Assembly (NCBI GenBank): GCA_043750125.1
Contig: JAYVCD010000012.1
Location: 1 to 24,680, forward strand
Length of the DNA stretch: 24,680 nucleotides
Direction: 5' to 3'
Source: Archangiaceae bacterium
GTDB taxonomy: Bacteria; Myxococcota; Myxococcia; Myxococcales; Myxococcaceae
Below, one piece after another: positions 1 to 9,400 of the stretch. A model generated the notes under the pieces. The model worked only from the letters and a program-made list of their open reading frames with translations, was not told the DNA's origin and did not search any database. A program made the position numbers and the translations under genes. Every line of letters begins with the position of its first letter. Positions within the stretch are counted from its first letter, which is position 1.

Positions 1-54
1 CAGGGCGACGACAGCGAAGACACCCTGCCTCCGTCCCGGGTGAGCGGGCTCTAA
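1..54 (+). CDS. possible 3' end of an upstream gene (partial, ...QGDDSEDTLPPSRVSGL*)
   Basis: Frame 1 is open from the window edge to TAA at 52-54 with mostly G/C third positions. Too short to identify. Confidence 0.3.
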   Translation, partial: QGDDSEDTLPPSRVSGL

Positions 55-73
55 GAGCGAACTGTCGCTTGAG

Positions 74-412
74 TCAGGGCTTCATGTGCCACACGCGCCT
101 CAGCCGCTCGGGAGGCGTCCCGCGGGTGACGGTCCCGGTGCCGAGGTCCATCTTTCCGAAGGCAGGCACGCCGGCCTCCAGCCCGGTGAAGAGCAGCATC
201 CCGCTGCGCCCGCTGGCGTCGTCGAGAGTGAGGCCAGCAAGGATCAGCGTCGCCACTCCGGTGGTGCGGTCGTGCTTGTAGTACTCCGGGTTGCTGTTGG
301 CCGACCGTGAGAAGCCCCATGTCCCTTCGGCCCGAATCCAGAACGCGCAGCTTCCGCCGGCCGTAGTCTTGGCCCCTGCCGACGAGACCGGCGCCGCGGA
401 CGTAGAGCAGTG
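74..412 (-). pseudogene. possible gene remnant or small hypothetical ORF
   Basis: The frame is open 412->74. The 3' part (NPEYYKHDRTTGVATLILAGLTLDDASGRSGMLLFTGLEAGVPAFGKMDLGTG...) has coding-like codon usage, but there is no canonical start upstream of GTG256. Confidence 0.25.
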
Positions 413-448
413 TCACCTGAGGTCGGCTTTGATCAGCGCGGCCGGGCT

Positions 449-3400
449 CTAAGCGCGCTTGGCTGCCGTCAGCTGAGAGCCGGTCTGGACGCGCAGCGTG
501 TGCAGGTCTCCTCCCACCGCGAAGACGACCAGCTCGCGGATGAAGAATTGGACGCGGGAGCTTTGCATCGGCAGCACCCGCGCCTGCACCGGCTCGAAGT
601 CGCCCGCCACCAGCAGCGCCGCCCGCGAGGTGGTGTGACGAACCGCGTCCAGGTAGGTGGCCGCGATGTTGGTGCGGCCGCTGGTGCGAAGAAGGTTCGA
701 GGCCAGCCGGGCGAGGGCCGTTTTTCCTTCGGCGCTGAGCGCTTTGCCCAGCCGCTTCTGCTCGACCTTCAGCTGCTTCGGATCTCCACGCGGCACGTAG
801 CTCGGGTCGCCGAAGGTCAGCGCGGCCTCGATCAGCAGCGACAACCCGTCGGGAGGAAGCAGCACCGCCATTCCCAGCTCGGGGCGCAGCAGCGCCAACG
901 TCGCGGCCAGGTGGGCGGTCAACTGTTGCAGGTCGGCCTCGCGCAGCAGCGGCTCGCCGATGAAGAGACTCAACGGCGCGGTGGGGTTGACCCGGATTCC
1001 CACCCCTTCGTCGGGGTGCCGCTCGGCCCGGCCGGTAATCCTCGCGGCCAGAAACGGCGAATAGAGGACCAGCGACTCGAAGCCGAGCGAACGGGCGATG
1101 AAGCGCAGGTTGTTCAGCGCGGGCTCTTTCGATTCGCCCAGCTCGATTCGGTGCTTCTTGGGGTGCAGCTTGAAGTCACCCAGGTCCGCGGCGTACTTCG
1201 CGCCCACGTGGGTGTGAATCAACGCCATCAGGTGTCCCAGCGAGCCCCGAAGGTTGGGGTGGAGCAGCAGGTTCTGCCATTGGCTCTCGGACACCGGCGC
1301 CCGCAACTGAGCCGGCGCGCGCGCGACCCGTCCAAATTCGCGCAGCATTCGCACCTCGTCGGGCCCGGGCGCACCCAGGACCGCCGCCGCCCCGGCCGCG
1401 AGCAACATCGAGTCGTGATCGCCGCGCTTCTGGGCGATGCGGGCCAGCGCACCACATACCCGGGCCGGAGCTTCACTGTGGGGAATCGCGCGCACGTAGG
1501 CGGCGCTCGCCTCGGCCTCGTGCTCGGTGTGGGCGATCGCGAAATCGCCGAGCGCTTCCTGGGCGACCGCATCGTCCGGAGCCAGGCGCGCTCCCGCGGA
1601 ATACGCTTCGAACGCGCCGGGGTCGTCCTTCAGTCGCACCGCCCGCAGCTCGCCGAGGCTGCGCCACAAGACCGCCCGCCGAGCTGCACTGGCCGGCACT
1701 TTCTCGAGCCGAACAATCAACCGCCGGGTGCACTCGTCGAGCGTCTTCCACCGCTTGCTCCCGACCAACAGGGCCTCGAGCAGCTGCAGCGCCTGGACGA
1801 ATTGCGGCGAACGGTCGAGGGCGGACTCGAGCAGCGCGACCGCGCGATCCTCTTCCTTCATCGTGCGACCCAACAGCTCGGCCAGCGACAGCGTCTCGCG
1901 GTGGCGCGCGTCTTCAGACAGCAGCGGGTGGGCGAGCAGCGTCGCTTGAAGTTTGGCCGCCTCTTGCAGTTGTCCCGCGCTGCGGTAGGCGAGGTGAATT
2001 CGCTCGAGGACGTCGAGCGCGTCGGGGTGAAGCTCGAGCGCCGCGGCGTAACCGGTGATCGCGAGCTTGGGTTTGAGCAGCTTGTCCTGCGCAATTTTTC
2101 CCAGCTCGACCAGCAACGCGAACCGCTCTTCACCCTTCGCGATGCCCGCCAGCCGCTGCCGGTACAGCGCCGCCTTGTCCCACGTGCTGGCCCCGTCGCT
2201 CAGCTCGATCGCCAGCCGAAGCGCCACCGGCTGCACCGGGTCAGCGTCCAGCGCCTTCTCGACCATCGCGATCGCGCGGTCCTTCTCTCCCAGGGTCCGG
2301 AACAGGCGGGTCAGCCGCACGCGCAGCTCGGCCCGGTCGACGGCAGGCATCGCCTTCTCGTGGTGCTTGAGCAACAGCTCGTACTGCTGCGCGGCCTCGG
2401 TCGCTTTTCCCGCCAGCTCGTACAGCTCGGCCCGCCCTCGCAGCGCGCCGGGCTCGGTCGCATCGAGCTTCAACGCCTGCTCATAGGTCTGCAACGACAC
2501 CGCGCTGTGTCCCAGCTCGCGCTCTACGTCTCCCAACTTGCTCAGGTGGGCAATCAGCGCGAGCCGATGGGTGGGCCCGCCCCGCTCGAAGAGTGAAATC
2601 AACACCCGCAGGGTCTGCGCCGCGCGGGGCCACTGGCTGGCCGCGATCAACAGCTGGGTCAGCGGTTGCGCGGCTTCAATCCACTCGGGGGCGTTGCTCA
2701 GCGCGTGCTCGTACCAGCGAATCGCCCGTCGGTTGTCGGTGCCCAGCGCGTGAAGGTGCCGCGCGAGCTCGAGCCCGGCCGAGGCGCGGTCTGCTTCCGT
2801 CGGCGCGTGCTCGGCTTCCTGCGCCAGGGTCTGCTCGAAGCCGGGCCAGTGGGCGTCTTTGAAGTACAGCGCGCGCAGCCGTCGCAGGGACGGCAGGTGG
2901 GTCGGCTCGCCGGCCAGGGCCTTCTGGTAGGCGGTGCTCGCCCCGGCCAGGTCGCGCAGCTTGTCTTCGAGCAACAGCCCACTGCGATGAAGCAGCTCGG
3001 CGCGCAGGTGGGCGTCGGTCTCGAGAAGGGCTTCGCGTTCGATCATCCGCGTCGCCTCGAGCCAGCGGCCGTGCAGTTGGTGCAGGTGGGCCAGTGCGCT
3101 GAAGGCAGGCCGGTGCTCGGGCACCGACTCGAGCGCGCGCTTCCACCAACGGACCGCGCCCTCGTCGTCCCGCAGCTGCTGGTGCAACAGTCCGCCCAGC
3201 TGACCGCAGAGCAGGGCTTTGGGCAGCGGGCCCTGCGCGACTTCGACGTGGCGGGTCAGAACGTCCACCAGGCCGGCCCACCGTTCGCCCGCGCGCCGCA
3301 GCCGCGCCAGCCCTTCGAGCGCCCGCTCTTCGGAAGGACGCAGCTTGAGGATCCGTTCGAGCCGCTGGTCCGCCTGAAGCCCGGGCCCTTTGCCTTCCCA

Positions 3401-6400
3401 CAACGCGGCGGCCTCGTAGAGCAGCGGAACCTGCTCGGTGGGGTCGGTGGTCAGCGTCAGCCGCTGCTCGATTGCCTTCAGCAGCTCGGCCGGGCGATCG
3501 AGCTTCTTGTACAGCCGGTGCAGCGCCTGAAACCCTGGAGCAGAAGAGGGCTCGAAGGACAGCGCCTGCAGGTAGGCGGCGATCGCCGCTTCGGGATCTT
3601 TGAGCTCGCCCTCGCACAGCTGCGCAATCTGAAGCTGAATTCCGCACCGCTCTTCGGGAAGGGCCAGCCGCACCCACTGCTGCAGCGCCTGCAAGCATTG
3701 CGGCCACTGCTGATGGCGGCGGTGCAGCGCCGCGAGCAGCGCCGCCGATTCAGGGCTGTTCGACAGCTCGACCCACCGCCGCAACGCGAGGGCTGCGGCA
3801 CGCGGGTCCTTCAGCTTCGTTTCGTGCAGCTGCGCCAACCCTTGCAACAGGGTCCCGCGCGCGGCGAGGTCGAGGGTCGCTTCGAGCTTCAACTCGAGCG
3901 CTCCGGCCTGTCGCGCGTGCAGCGCCCGCCGGGCGAACAGCTGGACCAGCGCGTCGAGCGCGGCCTTGCTGCCTACGTCGTGGGCGAGCAGACCGAGCAG
4001 CGTCTTCTCGGCCTCATCGACCTGGTCCAGCGCCTGGTCTTGAATCGCCGCCAGCGCCAGCGCGAGCCGTTCGTGGGTGGGCCCGAAGGCCAGCCCTTCG
4101 AGAATCTGCTGATAGAGCTTCGCCAGCTCGGCGGGCTTCGAGAGGCTCTTCGCCAGCCGCTCGGCCCGGTCGCGCCGCGAAGTGGGCGTGGGGTCGAGCT
4201 GCACGGCCTGGCAGGCCCAGTGGAAGGCGGCGGGCGCATCGTTCAACTGTTCTTCGTGAAGCTCCGAGAGCTCATCGAGCGTCACCGGCAATTCCGCGCT
4301 CTGCAGGTGGGGAAGAAAGGTCTGCAGCAGCCCCGCGGTCGGGGCCCACTGCGAGGTGCGGGCGTAGAGCGTTCGCGCCTCGTCGAAGGCCGTTCGGTTC
4401 GCAGGCTCGAGGCTCAGCACCCGCTGCAGCGCGGCGGCGGCCTGGGGCAGCGCGTTCAACCGCTCGTGGATTCGGGCCAGCTCGAGCAGGCTCGTCACCC
4501 CTTCGACGCTCGACCCCGCGTGCAGCTGGGCTTCGACCAGCAGGGCGAGGCTCTGGGCCAGCTCGGCAAACGCGTCGTAGCCTGCGAAGACGGAGCGCAG
4601 CCGCTGCAGCTCGGCTGCGGCGTCGGGAAGCAGCTCGAGGGAACTCCGGGCGGCCGCGAGCGCCAGGTCCCGGGAACCCAGCTCGACCAGCACTTCGGCC
4701 CGTCGCAGCAGATGGACTCTGCGTCCGGCCGCGGCTTCCGGAGACTCGGCGAGCTCTCCCAGCGCCTGGGCCAGCGCCGCCTTCGGACCCAGCGCAGCGT
4801 AGATCTCGACCAGCGCGGTGAGGGCGCCGGCGTGGCTGCGCGCGCGCTCGAGCACTTCGCGGTAATGAATGATCGCCGGCTCGGGCTGATTGAGCCGGCG
4901 GTAGGCCAGCTCGCCGAGCTGAAACTCGAGCGAAGCGACTTCGCGGGGATCCAGCGTCACTCCGCGTCGGGCCCGAAGCAGCTGGCCCAGCTCGTCATGA
5001 CGAAGGGCCCGCTCGTAGTGGCCGACCAGCAGGGCGAACCCTCCGGGATGAAGCGGGTCATCGGTCAGCAGCGCGCGCCCCAACTCGATCGCCCGCTGAG
5101 GGTTCGTCTGCGAGCACAGCCGCGCCAGCTTCAAGCGAAGCGCCTGACGTTCGAGCTGCGGCACGTGCAGCAGCAGGTGCTCGAGAATGGAAATCAGCCG
5201 CTCGGGCTGCGCGGTGCGCTCGTAGAGCTCTTCGAGTTTCCGCGCCGCCGCGACGTGGGCGGGCTCGAGCTCGAGCACCTCGCGCAGCGCGCTGCCAGCG
5301 CGGTCGGGTTGGTCCAGCCGTTCGTCGGCAACCGCGGAAATCCGCAGCAGCAAAGCGACCTTCGCTTCCCGGGTCGGCGCCACCCCCAGGCATTCTTCGA
5401 GCACGGGCAACAGCTCGGCCCAGCGGCCCAGGCCCTCGAGCACCCGGTCGAGCCCGGCCAACGCCGGGGTAAACGCCGCCTTCGCTCCCAGAGCCCGTCG
5501 GTAGAAGTCGGCGGCGCGCTGCGAATCTTTCAGCGGCCCCTCGTACAGCGCGCCCAGCGCCAGGCTGGTCTGCGCCACGCCTTCGGGCTCGAGCAGCGGC
5601 AACACTTCTTCGAGCACTGCCCCGAGCGCGTCCTGACACTGGGCGAGTGCGGCCAGCTCGATCAGCTGCGCCCGCAGGGCCGCGTCGGCGGGGGTCTCTT
5701 TGAACGCCCGCGCCAAAGCGAGGAAGCCCAGCTCGGGGTCCTGCTGCTTTTCCAGGCGCAGCTTGCCCAGCTCGAGCCAGAGCGCGCGTCGGCGGGTGCT
5801 CTCGGTCGAAAGCGGCGCGCGCCACTCGAGGAACGCGGCGAGCCGCTTCACATCACCGAAGTGCCGATACCCGCCCAGCAGCAGCTCGCTGGCGTGACCG
5901 AAGTGGGCCTCGCCCTCGAGAAATTGCTCGAGCTGGGCCAGCGCTTCGGGGTGGCTGGGGTGGGACTGGAGCACCTCGGCCAACAGCGGCAGCGCTCCGG
6001 TGCGATCTTCCAGCCGCGCGCGGCGCACCTCGGCCAACCGCAGGCGCAGCGGCACCGCGTCGTGCGGCTCGAGCCGGATTCGGCGGGCGAGGATCTCGGC
6101 CTGCTCGGTCCACAGCTGCAGCTGGGAACAAAGCCGGTCGAGCCGTCCCAACGCGGCCACGTCGTTCGAGGCCAGCTCGAGCACCCGGCGGTACGCGCTG
6201 TAGGCCCCGCGGGCATCGCTCAGAGAGTCATCGCGAACGGCGCCGATGCGCGAGAGCAGCGAAATCCGTTCCGGGTCGTCGTGGGCGTGAAGCAGCCGGG
6301 CCTCGAGCACCGCCACCAGCTCTCCCCAGCGCCACGAGCTCTCGAGCAGACCGACCGCGGCGGTGAGCGCTTCGTCGTCGTCGGGCAGCAACAGCAGCAG

Positions 6401-9400
6401 GGCGCGCCATTGCTCGAGCGCCGCGTCCGGGTCCCCGAGCTTCTGGTGAAGAGCGGCCAGCGGACGAAGCATCAAAATCTTCACGTCGTTCGACTCGACC
6501 TTCGGCAGCACCTCGGACAACAGCGTCGCCAGCGTCCCGTCGGCCTTCGCGATTTCGCCCAGACTCAAGCACCGCAGAAGCGCGCGGGGCTCTTCGGGAC
6601 TTTCGCGAAGCAGGCCGGCCAGGGTCTGCAGCGCCGCGGCGGGGGACTGCAGCCGGTGTTGATGCAGGTCGGCCACCCGGTGAAGCAAAGCCGCCCGCGC
6701 TGGCCCGACCGCCAGGCCCGCCCGCGCTCCGAGCACCTCGAGCAGCGCCGGCCACGCCTGGGTCTCTTCGAGCAAAGGCTCGAGCAGCGCCGCGGCAGAA
6801 TCGCAAGCCGGCCCCCCGGCGCGCATCAGCTCGGTCGTGGCTGCGAGCGCCTCGGGATGATTGGCCTGTTGGCCGAGGACTCCGCGCAGCAACTCCAACG
6901 CCCCTTCATCGTCGTTGAGCGACCGATGCTTGACCCGCGCCAGCCTCACCCGAAGGGTCCGCTCGAGCGTTTCGTCGCCCCGCCCTTCGGCCCGGCCCAT
7001 CTGTTCCTCCAGCAGCCGCGCGAGCTCATCGAAGTGGCGGTGGGCCTCGAGCAGCTGTTCGAGCACCGCGAGGGCGATGCGATGGTCGGGGGCGCGGCTC
7101 AACGCCAGTCGGCAGCTCTCAATTGCCAGCGGCGGGTCTTTGAGCTGCAGCTCGGCGAGGTCCACCAGCTCGAGCAGAAGGGAAATCTGCTCTTCCACCG
7201 ACGGCTGCAGCTCGGCCCGATTGCGCAGCAGCCGGGGCAGCTGGGCGAAGTCGCGCTCTTCCCGGTAGAGGGAGCACAGCGCAATCAAGGGGGCCTCTTC
7301 TCCCGGCTGACGGCGGGCCACCTGTTCCCAGGCCTCGGCCGCTCGCGGGCGCTGGCCCAGTCGTTGGTGAAGGACGGCCACCGCACGCCACAGCGCGAGC
7401 GCGAGCGGCTCGGGCAACCCGGTGAGCAGTTGCGCGCGGTACAGCGCGGTCAGCTCTTCGAGGTGGGCGGTGGTCTCGGCCAGCCGTTCGAGCTCGGCGC
7501 GGACCCGAAGATTTTCGGGCGTGGCCTTGAAGACCTCGGCCCGAGCCAGGAACGCCCGCCCGGGGTCTCCCAACGCCTCTCGCAGGACTGCCAGCTCTTC
7601 GAACAGACCCAGCGCGCGGGCGGCGGGCGCGGTCGACAGCTGCAGCTCGAGCGCTTCGGCCAGGCGCGGCGAGTCCTGGCGAGCGCGGTAGACCTTCTCG
7701 AGGATCGCCGCGGTGGGGGCCCGCAGCAGCGGAGCGCGCAGCAGCAGCGCCTCGAGCCCTTCGACCGCGGCGGCATCGGTGGCGCGCAGCCCCAGCGTCT
7801 GTTCGAAGAACCCCAGCGAGGCGTCCGGCTGCTTCAGCGGCCCGAGCGCCAGCTGACCCAGTCGCACCAGGGCGTCGGCCCGCTCATCCGCGGACTGCTC
7901 GGCGACGGTCAGCCGGCGCTTGAGCACCTCGTAAAGCTCGGGGTGCAGCGCGAGCCGCTCGAGCATTCGCGCCAATGCGCCAAACGCCTTCAAGTCGGAA
8001 GGAGCGCGCAACAGCACGTCTCGGTAGGCGGTGGCGGCCGTGCTCCAGTCGCCCAGGGGCGCTTCGGCCAGGCGGCCCAGCTCGTTCAATGCCGCAAGCT
8101 GCGCGGGGACTTCAGCCAGCAGGGGGACCTGCCGACGCAGCACCGCCGTGAGGGCCGCGAAGTTCTTTGCCGCCCGGTAGAGCTCGGCCAGCGCCTGCAG
8201 CGGCTCGAGGCTCAACGGGTCCAGCCGCGCCACTTCTTCCCACATCCGTGCGGCTTGAGCGGGGCTGGCGAGGCGGCCCGAATAAAGGCGAGCCAGCGTT
8301 TGGCTCAGCGCGAGCGAGACCGCGGCGGACGGCCGTCGCTCGAGCAGGTCCTCGTACGCGCCGACGAGCTCTTCTTCGAGCTGGGCGGCGATGGCGACCC
8401 GTTCGGCTTCGGCGCGGGCGAGGGGGTCTTCGACCGAGGCGCGGACCAGGCGCAGTCGTTCGACGAACGCCTGCCGGTGCTCGCCGAGGGCCTCGTACAG
8501 GCTCGCCAGCTCAGTGCGCAGCGAGCGCTCGGCGTGCGCATCGGCGTTCGCGACCAGGACTTCGAGGACGGCCAGCCGCTGCCACCGGTGCGCAGGATCC
8601 CGGTATACGCCCTCGAGCGACTCGGCCACCCGGGCGCTGACCCGGGGCTCGGCGGCGAGGCCGACCAGCGCGTTGACCGCGCGATCTTCCCGCGGAGCGC
8701 CGCGCAGCACTTCGGTCAACAACGTCACCGCCAGCTCGAGCTCGCCCGAGGCAATCAACGCTTTGGCCTGCTGGAGCAGCCGGTCGTTCTTCGACTGCGG
8801 GTCCGGCGCCGCCGCGGCGAGCCGGCCGAGCACCTCTGCGCGCTCGCGGTGGCGCTGCAGCTTGCCCAACACCCGCTCGAGCGCTCCGAGAGCCTCGAGC
8901 CCCTGGTCGAGCGCGAAGAGCGTCAACAGCGAGTCGGCGGCGGTGTCGAGCTGCCCCAACTTCTCGCGGGCCAATGCCAGCGCGAGCAGGGCGGCGGGCC
9001 GTTCGGTGGGCGTCGCGTTCTCGGCGCGGTGCTGCAGCAGCGTCGCGAGCTGGGCGTGGCGCCCGGCCTGGTCGAGCAACACCCCAAGTCGTTGCTGGGC
9101 TTCGGCGTCCAGCGGCAGGCAGGCCTGCACCTGGCCCCAGGTGGCGATCGCATCGTCTGGATCTCCTCCTGTCTCTTGCAGGTGGGCCAACGCCCGGAAC
9201 AGCTCAGCGCGCGCGGGGCCTTCGGGCTGACGCGTTCCGAGCTCTTCGAGCAGCGCGGCCAGCTCGTCCTTGAACCCCGCTGCGGAATCAGCCCGACCAG
9301 AAGTCGACCCGCTCATCCCCGGAGTGGCCGCTCCGTTCATCCCCGGAGCAGTCGACCCGTTCATCCCCGGAGCAGTTGCCCCGTTCATCCCGAGAGCAGT

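Noticed and set aside
51-416. 121-aa minus-strand ORF
   Set aside because: The Arg/His-rich composition in its 3' half is typical of an off-frame translation. The 74-412 frame looks more coding there.
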